A stretch of 43,853 nucleotides of DNA from a virus (Duplodnaviria > Caudoviricetes): positions 1-43,853 of the IMG/VR virus record IMGVR_UViG_3300025018_000238; one strand, written 5' to 3'. The notes beneath the pieces are model-generated. The model searched no databases and was not told where the DNA came from. It was given only the letters and a program-made list of their open reading frames with translations. A program made the translations under genes and the position numbers. This document shows, in pieces, positions 18,929-29,100 of the stretch. Each line of letters opens with the position of its first letter. Position 1 is the stretch's first letter.

Positions 18929-19320
18929 GCTTAGCCGTTACTTTAAAACAATACACGTTAGACGCCATTTTTGGACGTCAGACCTACACTTCCGTGCCAA
19001 ACAGTTTATGGTTTGGTTTGCTCACGCCTGACGATGCCGAACTTGTCGATGGCGGCTACGTCCGTGTTGAGGTAATCAACAATGTATCAAACTTTCCTGC
19101 CGCAACATTTTCAGGCACAAACGGGATTAAAACCTGCGCGGCAAGTATCACTTTCCCAGTCGCTACTGTTGATTGGGCTTTAGTTTCGCAGCTTGCGGTG
19201 TACGCTGGTTCTTCGGGCGGAACGCCACTTTTAGTTCTTTCGCTCCTCGCTGAGACTACAATCAAAGCTGGCGGGCAGCTTGTTATCGCAGCAGACTCGA
19301 TTCAAATCACTCAACCGTAA
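18925..19320 (+). CDS. Minor tail protein B2 (Gp80-like paralogue)
   Basis: LDAIFGRQTY...LWFGLLT...EL..GGYVRV...N...FPAA...ITFPVATVDW..V....VY...SGG. Confidence 0.7.
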   Translation: MSLAVTLKQYTLDAIFGRQTYTSVPNSLWFGLLTPDDAELVDGGYVRVEVINNVSNFPAATFSGTNGIKTCAASITFPVATVDWALVSQLAVYAGSSGGTPLLVLSLLAETTIKAGGQLVIAADSIQITQP

Positions 19321-20723
19321 TGAGTAACGAAGTTACATTTGTACGTAATCTTGACGGTGTGGTGTTTGCTTACACTGGTCGACAGCTTTTTCGTATCACT
19401 AACGCGCGCATTGAGTTAGTCGCTACGTTAGGCGTAGAAGATTATGTTCGCCCACAGTCGACGTTGTGGAAAAACTATTTGTTTTTAACCAGTCCAGACT
19501 TTCGTCCGATTGTAATTGATCGTGGTGGATTAGTAAAACAGTTCAACAACGCACCGCTTTGTCGGCTTTCAACAATTTATCGTGATCACTTGATCTGTGG
19601 TGACATTATCGAACATCATGGTGTCTCGTCAGCGAGTCGTGTGCTTATGTCTGACCTCCGCAAGTTCAACATTTGGACACCACGTTCAGATAACGAAGCT
19701 GCCGAGTATGATCTTGACAGTTACACTTCAGCACGTACAGGCGTTACGGGTGTCACAGGATTAAAACAATTCGGGCCGGACTTGCTGATTTACACTCCGC
19801 GTTCGATTGAGATCATGCGTTACACCGGACTTGAACGTGGCGTTTACAACAAGGATTTACTGTATTCCGAACTTGGTTCTGTGTTTAAGTTTGGTGTTGT
19901 CGGAAACAACCGGATTCATTTTTTCATAAGTGAAGACAATATCTTTCAGCTAGACGCAAACGGTTTACAAACGATTGGCGATCCGATTCTTGAGTATATC
20001 GAAGAAACCGCAACGACGAACGCAACACTACTTCAACGTACGTGGGGTTATTACGACGCAACCGAGGGTGAAGTTGTGTGGTGTTATTACGGACGGGACA
20101 GCGACAAATGCGACCGTGCTATAATGTATAACATCTACGAACAGCGTTGGTACGCAGACCGCATTGAAGATATTCATTCGTTTGATGCGGCAAAGATCAA
20201 CGACAAGTTCACAGCGTTTGATGATCTGCAAGTTACGTTTGACGAACTCAGCGGTTCGTTTGACGGTCTGTCTGCTCCCGACACAGTGTTCAGTCAACGT
20301 TTGTTTGGTAGCAGTGAACGGAACCTTTACACCGACGCGCGACCAAGCGACACCTTAGTCGAGAAGGCCGAACCGTTTATTGAGACCCGTGACGAACATT
20401 TTAACGACCTTGACAAGGTTAAAGAAATTAACTCAGTTCGGTTGCAGACTGCGTATGGTGACGATTGTCTTGGCGTTGACGTCTATGTTTCAGTCCGCAC
20501 GTTTATTGAAGAATCCGTTGAGTTCGAGCACGTCGGTTTGTGGACAAACGACATTCGTCATAAACGTTTAACTTTTCCAATTCGTTCAGGAGTGATTTTC
20601 CGCTTCAAGTTTGTACCCAAGCCTGTCGACCCACAGGTTGGAGTGCGCAATGTAAAAATATCAGGTTGGTCTTATGGAATCAATAGTAAAAACTCAAACC
20701 GGGGGAACTCTGGAGTTCGTTAG
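19320..20723 (+). CDS. Tail nozzle / tail tubular protein B-like (P22 gp10-like beta-propeller)
   Basis: 467 aa with propeller-like blades (RVLMSD...W, LLIYTPRSI, HFFISEDNIFQLD, EVVWCY...DRAIMYN) and a C-terminal FRFKF domain. Confidence 0.75.
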   Translation: MSNEVTFVRNLDGVVFAYTGRQLFRITNARIELVATLGVEDYVRPQSTLWKNYLFLTSPDFRPIVIDRGGLVKQFNNAPLCRLSTIYRDHLICGDIIEHHGVSSASRVLMSDLRKFNIWTPRSDNEAAEYDLDSYTSARTGVTGVTGLKQFGPDLLIYTPRSIEIMRYTGLERGVYNKDLLYSELGSVFKFGVVGNNRIHFFISEDNIFQLDANGLQTIGDPILEYIEETATTNATLLQRTWGYYDATEGEVVWCYYGRDSDKCDRAIMYNIYEQRWYADRIEDIHSFDAAKINDKFTAFDDLQVTFDELSGSFDGLSAPDTVFSQRLFGSSERNLYTDARPSDTLVEKAEPFIETRDEHFNDLDKVKEINSVRLQTAYGDDCLGVDVYVSVRTFIEESVEFEHVGLWTNDIRHKRLTFPIRSGVIFRFKFVPKPVDPQVGVRNVKISGWSYGINSKNSNRGNSGVR

Positions 20724-21174
20724 CGATCCAATGTTTGTCCCACTAAACTATCAGGACTTCTTTGTTCCAAGTCTTAACGCAATGCGTCAACTAATGCCGT
20801 CTATTGAGTTATATACTAAAGAGCAGTTCTTTAGTATTCTCAACTGGGTTATCGGTATGGACTGGACAACCGGACGTGGGTTTGTAAACGTTATGCGTAG
20901 CGCGGATGGTACGCTTCTCGGTTACGGGTGCGGATACGAAGCAAATCAACCGTTTGACACAAAACGCAACCTGCACACCGTTGCGATTTATTCTAAAACA
21001 AAGAACACACGTCAAACAATCGAACTCGTCGAACACGGAAAACAATACGCAAAAGAGTTTGGTTACGACACGATCTCTGGCGTTGGTGGTCGGTTGAACG
21101 GTTCGCGGCGTCGTTTCTGGCAAGAGAAACTCGGCTTTCAAATTTCATACATCGGATTTATCTATCATGTTTAA
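20674..21174 (+). CDS. GNAT-like protein (T7 gp13-type position)
   Basis: DGTLLGYG...LHTVAIYS...LVEHGKQYAKEFGYDTI...RRFWQEKLGF resembles an acetyltransferase fold; alternative start at 20731. Confidence 0.6.
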   Translation: MESIVKTQTGGTLEFVSDPMFVPLNYQDFFVPSLNAMRQLMPSIELYTKEQFFSILNWVIGMDWTTGRGFVNVMRSADGTLLGYGCGYEANQPFDTKRNLHTVAIYSKTKNTRQTIELVEHGKQYAKEFGYDTISGVGGRLNGSRRRFWQEKLGFQISYIGFIYHV

Positions 21175-22237
21175 ACTACATAAATATCACTGGTCGGACG
21201 CAAGACAAGGGTTTCCCGGTCTTAGCGTTATTGATTTACTTACGTTCGGATTAATCGGACGTTGTTTTTTGTTCGGTGGCGGTAAAGGCGGCAGTACTGG
21301 TTCGCAAGACACCCGCATGGAACGTAAGGGTACGTCAACCTCAACGTCTGAACGTGTATTGCCTGCGTCTTTGCAGTCGCTTGTGCAAGGCGTTGGACAG
21401 AGTTCAATCAGTGGGCCTTCTGCTGACGGACAAACTTCCCTCGGTCAAATCATCCGACGTGAGAGCGGAACAAATCCTGGGTATTCAACCGGGAAGTCGC
21501 TTGCTGGTATCGACCCTATGTCGGACAGCTACAAACAGCTGACCGACTCTGAGTTCAATAATCGTTTAGCCGACGCGTTAGCTCTTGCACGTTCTGGCGA
21601 AGAGAACGTTCTCGCTCCGATTAGCCGTGGACAAACTATGCGAGAAGCAGAAGTCATCCGACGCGGAACTGCCGATCGTGGACGTGAGCTACGTGAGGCA
21701 CGAGTTGTGGACTCTGGTATCCAGCAAGGAGCACAACAAAACATTGCACAAAATGTTATCGAAGCTTCACGTGCGCAAGCAGGCAGTTCAACTCAAATGA
21801 CCGACACGATGCTCAAACTTAGCGATCTGCTTGGCAAAAAGATTGGTTCTACTACAGACGATATCTCTGGTCGTGGTGCTCAGAGTTCTTCCTCGTCTTC
21901 GTGGGCGTCCGAAGCTTCGCTTGGTGGACTGTGCTGTTGGATATTGTTGGAAAGTTACTACGGCGTTATGCCTTGGTGGGTGCGTGAGTGCCGCGATGAG
22001 TTTGCTCCGGAGAACACTGCGCGGCGTGATGGCTATCGTCGTATGGCACAAACGCTTGTACCTGCAATGCGAAAGTCACGCACGGTTCGCGGGTTGGTGC
22101 GTTGGCTTATGGTCAAGCCGCTTGAGTTCTGGGGAGCTTACTATAAACAAGTTCCCGGTTATCGTTGGGGGTGGGCGTTTAAGCCCTTTGTTAAATTCTG
22201 GTTCACAACGTGGACACTTATTGGTAAGAAAGGATAG
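21167..22237 (+). CDS. Ejection/internal virion protein 1 with CFI-box-like C-terminus
   Basis: Leader ending CFLFGGGKGGS (P22 gp7-like), S/Q/G-rich body, C-terminal GGLCCWILLESYYG...VRECRD domain. Confidence 0.65.
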   Translation: MFKLHKYHWSDARQGFPGLSVIDLLTFGLIGRCFLFGGGKGGSTGSQDTRMERKGTSTSTSERVLPASLQSLVQGVGQSSISGPSADGQTSLGQIIRRESGTNPGYSTGKSLAGIDPMSDSYKQLTDSEFNNRLADALALARSGEENVLAPISRGQTMREAEVIRRGTADRGRELREARVVDSGIQQGAQQNIAQNVIEASRAQAGSSTQMTDTMLKLSDLLGKKIGSTTDDISGRGAQSSSSSSWASEASLGGLCCWILLESYYGVMPWWVRECRDEFAPENTARRDGYRRMAQTLVPAMRKSRTVRGLVRWLMVKPLEFWGAYYKQVPGYRWGWAFKPFVKFWFTTWTLIGKKG

Positions 22238-22243
22238 TTTATT

Positions 22244-23128
22244 ATGTCACAATACAACATGCGCACTGGGCACACGCCTATTAACGTTGACGATCTGCTA
22301 CAGATAGTTGGGTTTCGCACACCCGCAATCAAACGGAGTGATCGTCAATTCGGCCAAGCTGATCGTGGTCTGGATCAAGCTGGTCGCCGAATGGACATCA
22401 CAGAGTCGCTTGGTCAACAGAACCTTGACTTGCGGAGTCTAGTGAACCGCGACGCAAACGACCGCTTCGACCGTGGGCTTACGTCTCAGCGTGAACTACA
22501 AGACGACCAACAACAGTTCGCGGGTAGTCAAGCCGCGCTTGATCGGTTTACGCAAATGGGACGAGACTTCACGTCTGGCCAACGTCAACGCGACATTGCT
22601 GAACTTGGTCTTGAGTCCAGCGAAAACCTTCGCCAAGCAAACGCTGGTCTGCTTGGAGCACAAACTGCGTCGCAGAATTTGCAAAATCAACTTATGATGC
22701 AGCAGCTTGGTCTTATGCAGGACGAGAACGGGGTTGACCAGAACGTTGAACTTGAATCGAACCTGTTAAACACACTCACACAAGCAATTAACCAAGACGT
22801 CGATTTCTGGGAGCGCATTAGCACCGGACCGTTTTCTGTGTCAGCTGAAAATCCTGACGCTGGAACACTGCCCGACTTGCTTAGTATTCTCGGTACAAAC
22901 CTTTTTGGTTCTCCGCGCGAAAAGGCGGCTAACCAACGCGAACGTGAGTTGCAGCGACTTAACTTAGCCGCGGAACGTGGTAGTAACATTACACCAACAC
23001 CAGACGTTCTGCGTGCGCTTCCCGAAGACGTGTTGCAGCAACTCCTTGGTGGCGATGTGCAAAACATGGACAGCGAAACCTTACGTCAGCTTGTTCTTGA
23101 GTTAATGCGAGAACAACTTGGGCGGTAG
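22244..23128 (+). CDS. Ejection/internal virion protein 2
   Basis: Q/R/D-rich helical protein between the other two ejection genes. Confidence 0.6.
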   Translation: MSQYNMRTGHTPINVDDLLQIVGFRTPAIKRSDRQFGQADRGLDQAGRRMDITESLGQQNLDLRSLVNRDANDRFDRGLTSQRELQDDQQQFAGSQAALDRFTQMGRDFTSGQRQRDIAELGLESSENLRQANAGLLGAQTASQNLQNQLMMQQLGLMQDENGVDQNVELESNLLNTLTQAINQDVDFWERISTGPFSVSAENPDAGTLPDLLSILGTNLFGSPREKAANQRERELQRLNLAAERGSNITPTPDVLRALPEDVLQQLLGGDVQNMDSETLRQLVLELMREQLGR

Positions 23129-23164
23129 TTTGTCTGTCTGTTTGTTTCCTTTCTTTCTTCTGTT

Positions 23165-26100
23165 ATGAACATAAGTGACCTACTTCAAAACTCGCAATCG
23201 TTGTCGGCAAGTCCGTCATTGAGTACGCAACCGAATACTTTAATCGGCCTGCAACCACAACAGCAGTCTATTCGGTCGTTGCTAAGTCAGCAGTCGCAGC
23301 AACCTAAACTGCAACAGCCGATGCGGTTCGGAGAGATTGTTGACTTAAAGAAACTCTACGACACACAACCACAAGTCGCTGCGATGGACTTGGGTGAGTT
23401 TGCTCGGTATATGAATCAGTACGACCAAAAGGGTCGTGACTTTTCGTTAGGAACGAATCCGAACTTCATTAAACACACGAGTAGTTTTGTTGACGATCTG
23501 TTTGAAGCGACAAAAATCCCTGCGGCTACCGGAGCGTTGACACAAGCTGCGGCTGAAATGGTTGGTCTTGATCCGAAGTTTGGTAATGACGTTGGTCGTG
23601 ATTTACCGCGTGGTGCTGTGGAAGTGTTGTCACAAGCCGGTTGGTTTTTCGGTCCTCCGGGGTGGGCAGTAGCTGCGGCTGGGTTAGCCAGTGCAGGCAG
23701 CAAAGGCTATACTGAAACAGACTCTGTTTGGGCTGGTGCGGTTGACGTTGCTGCAACTGCGGCGACTCCGTTTGTCGGTATGGCAGGTCGTACGCTTGGC
23801 ACAAACATTGCAGCGAAGCGTATCGGTGGGACGTTAATCAAAGAAGGCGACAAAGCGTTACGTATCGCAGGCCCAAGCACTATCGGAACACGGTTTGGTC
23901 AAGCCGCTGTAACACGTGGCACCGAAGAAGTTGCACAGCTTGGTCTCGACGCTGTGAGTCAAGCGTTGAAAGGACAGAACCCGTTTACGCCCGAAGCGTT
24001 GTTTGCTAACTTGATTTCGAGTACCGTTGATGTCGTTGCGTCCGGTCCTGCGGTGAAGCGTTTAATCGACGGTAAACCTACCGCAGCACGTCCGTTCAGC
24101 ACACACGCAGAGCAAATTCAAACGCAAAACGTTTTGCAGATTCTTGATAAACAACGTCGAAAATTTGACGAAGCAGTTATTGAGGTCGATAACACGCAAG
24201 CTGAACAAGCTGGCCAACGTGCTGCGCGGTTGCGTCGAACACGACAAACCGAACGCCAAGAACGCACACGCACAACGCCTACAGTTGTCGACCGCAAACA
24301 AATCCAACGTGTGATCGACAATCTCGCAACAGCCGAACCTGCACGTTCTGCTCCTGATGTTGTTGCTGAAACTAAAATCGTTAATCAGTTTGTTGACGAG
24401 TTAAACGCTCGTTCCGACGTTCCCGATTTTGACGCGGAAACACGGAAAGCGTTAAACCTCAACCCCAACGGTAAGTTTACCAGCGAAGGCGTGCTTGAGT
24501 TTGTTCAGAAGATGCAACGCGTCCACGACGAACCGGTTGAGAAAAGTCTTGCGCGTTTGAGCGACCACTTAAAAGACATTGAGTCTGCAGCAAGCCGTCG
24601 TGCTGCGGCTGAACGTAAAGCTGTAGACACTCAGAAGAAAGGCAAACGTAATGTTGATCAGCTTGTCGAAGACCCGGAGCGCATAGCCGAATTTAATCGT
24701 ATCGTCCAGAGTTTGGACGATACTCAACGGGACGCTATCGCGGATGCGTATGCCCGGCTGGGCGGGATTTTAGACACACGAGCACAAACCTTTGCGCTTA
24801 GTGCAATGCAAACTGCTGTGTTGAATTGGGAGAAAGGCGGGCGTAAAGGTGACCTCGGGCAGAAGTTAAAAACTGCGACGAACGACCAAGCTGCGTTAAG
24901 AAGTGCACAGAAGGACCGCCAACGTAAGAAGTTAGTCGATCAAGACGTGACTAAAGAAGAAGGTGTGCGTACAGCGGAAGTTGAAACAACCGGACGTGAG
25001 CTTGACGAAGATCGTCGCGAAGCGTTTGTGCAACGCGGACGTGAAGACGGTGAGATGGATGTGACAGACTGGTCGGACAAGGACGCACAACGTCACGCAG
25101 ATCGGCTTGACGCTAAGTATGGTGTCGGAGCAGGAAAAGCTTATTTGTTTGGGTTGGGAGAAGTTCGCGGGAGTGTACGGACTGACGCAGGGTCCGCCGA
25201 ATCGACCGGCCAGAAGGCCCCCTCCGGCCCACGTCCCGGGCAACCGTTACTCGCACCAACACCTCCGTCCGGACAAAAGCTCTCACCACGTGAGCGGATG
25301 CTTTGGGACTGGAACAAATACGCAGCGCGTGCGTTCGAAGGGTCTGGTTTAGACACCGACATTCAACTGCTTTACATGGATCTCGGACAACGGATTCTTT
25401 TGTCTTTCGACGAGATTGACATTCCACGTATCGCAGCGCTACGTCAACGTGAAGAAGTTGTGGCCGCAATGGGTTCGGTGCTTGGGTTGAACGTTCCGCG
25501 CGGGGCGAACGACGCACTAATGCCGAAGGGACGTACGCTTACACGTATCCTTGGTCTGACCGCAGAAAAAGTTTCCGACAATAAAATAATGGACGGGTTT
25601 ATCCGTGTTGCAACACTCGCACACGAGCAGTTCCACGGAATGTATAACTACTTGTCACGGTATCGTGGAAACAAAAAAGACATTCTTGAAAAGCGTACAC
25701 TACTCAATCGCATGGAAGAACGTGCGGAGAGTTTAACAGTTGATGAACGTAATGACACCTTGCGTTTCATGTATGAGTACATGATTCCGAAAAAGTTACG
25801 AAACGACACTGATATTAATCCGGTATTGCGTGAAGCTGCGGAAGACGTTGAAGAGTTTCTTGCTGTGTTTACGGAAACGTTTTCAATAGCGTTGACCATG
25901 GACAAAAACGCACGGAGTAAAATTCAAGAACTTAAAGGTCACCTCGCACCAGAAGAGGTTGAGTTTTTGCAGAATCAGTTTCGTGATCTTGAACAGATTA
26001 GTCGGGCTTTGTCTGCGTTTGGTAAGCAGAGTGGTGTAGGCGAAAGACGTATGGGACAACCAGAGGTTAACCTTGGTGAGTTTGTTGAGGACTTTAAAGC

Positions 26101-29100
26101 GCTTGCGCGGACTCCTGAAGTGTTACGTAAAGCACAAGAACGACTGATTAAGATGAACCGTTTCCTCGACCCGCAGGCAAACGTAGGACGGTTCCACGAT
26201 CAAGACGAATTGATTCGGAACGTGGAAGACTTCTTTGGTGATGAAGACATTAAGGCTAAGGTTAGTAAGTCTGAGCAGAGTCTGATTAAAACCGCACTGC
26301 AAAAAGTCTTTGCGTCTGATTTCAGAAAGTTCTCTGAAACCGATCAGGGAATTAAACCTTCGTTCATGACACAAGCGTTTGGTAACCCGATTCAGTTTGC
26401 TTTGTCTGTCGGTGATCGGATACCTATTGTTCGTGATTTGGTTGCGAACGTGTACGATAAACGGAGCCGGGCAGACGCTATTTTGACTGACCAGAATCGA
26501 GTGTTTATGTCGCGGAACTTGTTCGGACAGTTGACTTCGATTGCCAACATTCCAGACAAACGATTGACTCCGAAACAACGGTTACTGAAAACTGCGATGG
26601 GTTTGGTTGCCCAGAACCCACAAGCAGAACGTGCGTTTAGTGACATCGCGCTGCGTCATAACAGTGAAAGACAGAACTACACATCACCTGAAGACGTGAT
26701 GGACATTCCGTCGTTTGCTCGACTTGAATCTGCTGAGCGTGCACAAGTCTGGCGTCTGATCGAAGCAACTAAGTCAATGAACACTCGGGCGGCACAAAAC
26801 ATTGTGCAGTATTCAGCACGGCAAACTGGTACGATGATTGCTAAGTTTCTGATGTTGCAAGACCCGGAACTACGGTCGGCCGACGCACAACGACAAGGTA
26901 TGGAGTTGCAACGTAAAGCGACTGAGTTAGTTGCGCGGTTGAATCCGCAAGTTCAAGCGTTGTTGCACGGACAGGTTATGCGTTACACGCAAGACGGAGT
27001 GACTAAATACGTTCCGCTTCCTCAGAGTAAAGCTGAACAAATTGCTTTACGCAATCAGCTTGTCGGTGACCCAACGATTGACGGTCGATCGGTTAAGGCG
27101 TTCCAAGGTAGTGGGTTGTATCGGAATAAGGACTTAAACAACCTGCACTTACGTGCGGTGGATCAGTTTGCTAACTTGTTAAAGAGCGAAGGGTTTGACG
27201 CGAGTATCGCACAGACTGTCGCAGCAACTAACGCAGCGCACCAAGTGTTGACGAAGGTTATGGATCGTCCGTACTTCTTTACTGAACGTCGGGTCGGAGA
27301 CTATATTGTGAAGTATCGTCGCGGGGAAGACGAGAACGCAACTATCGCACGGCGTACGGAACGCGAAGCCAACGAAGCTATTGCTAAGTTAAAGAAAGAC
27401 CCTGACGTTGATCCGACTTCGTTTGTTACTTCTCGGAAGTCACAGCGGGAGAAGAATTCAGTTGCGCATTACTTGAACCCGACTGCGCTCCGAGTGTTCG
27501 TTGAGCTTGAGAAAACTGCGTACGAGGCAGCGAAAGCAAAACACGGAAAAGAAAATGCCGATGCGTTATTTCCGGATTACACTCCCGGCGAAGCGAGTTT
27601 GCAGAAAGCTTTGAAGGAACGTACTCGTGCGTTCCTGCGTTTGCAAGAACAGAAACCTGGTCGTGAGTTTACTAACTTGTGGGAAAGCGCGATCGACTAC
27701 AGTACTGCGGTTGCTTATTCGTTGGCTAACTCAGAGACACGTAACAACGCGGAGTTAATGCTGCGTGAACCTGAATTCCGTGACCACCCGCACGTTAAGA
27801 AGTTAATGGACGAATGGGTTAAGAATGAAACTGACTCTGCGCATAAAGAGTACCCAGGTTTGAAGTCTGGTATCTTTACGTATTTCCTCGGATTCAATTT
27901 AAGTTCAGCGCTGATTGAGTCATCGCAAACGTTCTTGACCACAATGCCGCAGATCACACGACTTACGGGTTCGTTCCGTGAGTCTGGTGCGATTATCGGA
28001 CGTGCGTCACGAACAGTCGCCCAAGCTTATAACGCTCGTGGGTTTATGACTCCGGGTAAGCTGAAGTTTGACGACCCTGAACTGCAAATCGCGTTCAGCC
28101 GTGCGATCGACGAAGCGGTGGTAAGTTATGGTGCGCTTGATGACGTGCTGTTGAGTCCGATGGAACTTGACACGATTAACTCGCGGCGTTTGACTAAAGG
28201 GTTACTGCCGGTCACAGCAAAGGAAGCGGTTAAAAACACAGCACATTTGTACGCCAAAACCGCACGGAGTATTTATAGTGTAACAACTGGAACTAACGCG
28301 CGGATTGCTTTCGTTGCCGGGTTTGAGATCGGAAAGAAACAAGGACTCCAAGGTGATGCGTTGTATGCGTTTGCTACAGAGTTCACTCGAAGCACACAGT
28401 TCTCCGGCGGCAAACCCAACCGTCCGTTCGGCTTACGTTATCTCGGTAACGCACAAGGCGCTGCTAGTGTGCTTTTGAGTCTGAGCAACTTCATGATGTC
28501 AAGTCTGCACATGATGGCGCGGTTGTTTAACGACTCACTTCGGGAAGCGAAAACACAAGGAGTGTTCAGCAATCTGAGTGAGGCCGGCGGTGCGCGTAAG
28601 GCGTTCATGCAGATGATGGGTACACAAGCGTTCTTCGCTGGCGCTATGGGTATGCCGCTTGCCGGTTTCATGGTTAAGACTCTTGAAGAAATCTTTGGTA
28701 AAGAAATCTACGCAGCGACACGAGAAGGTATCACGCAGCTTATGGGTGATGACGAAGAACTCGGCGGATTGGTTAGCGATATTGCAATGAACGGTGTGCC
28801 GAGCGCGTTCCTTGGGGTTGACGTTGGGTCACGGTTTAGTCTCGGGAGTATGTTCGGACTTACCGCGTATCAAGGGTTTTCGATGGGCGGGTTCCTCGGA
28901 GCTGGCGGCAGTATCGTGAACAATGTTTACGAAGGTCTGTCGATGGCAACGCAGGGCGATGTCGGCGGAGCGTTTCAGAAAGCGTTACCTCAAGCGTTTA
29001 AGAACCCGTTGGAACTCATGCGGAATAACGGTCAGTTCATGGACCAAAAAGGTGAGCTTTTGTACGAACCAAACTTTGGTGAGAAGCTTGCGTATTCAAT

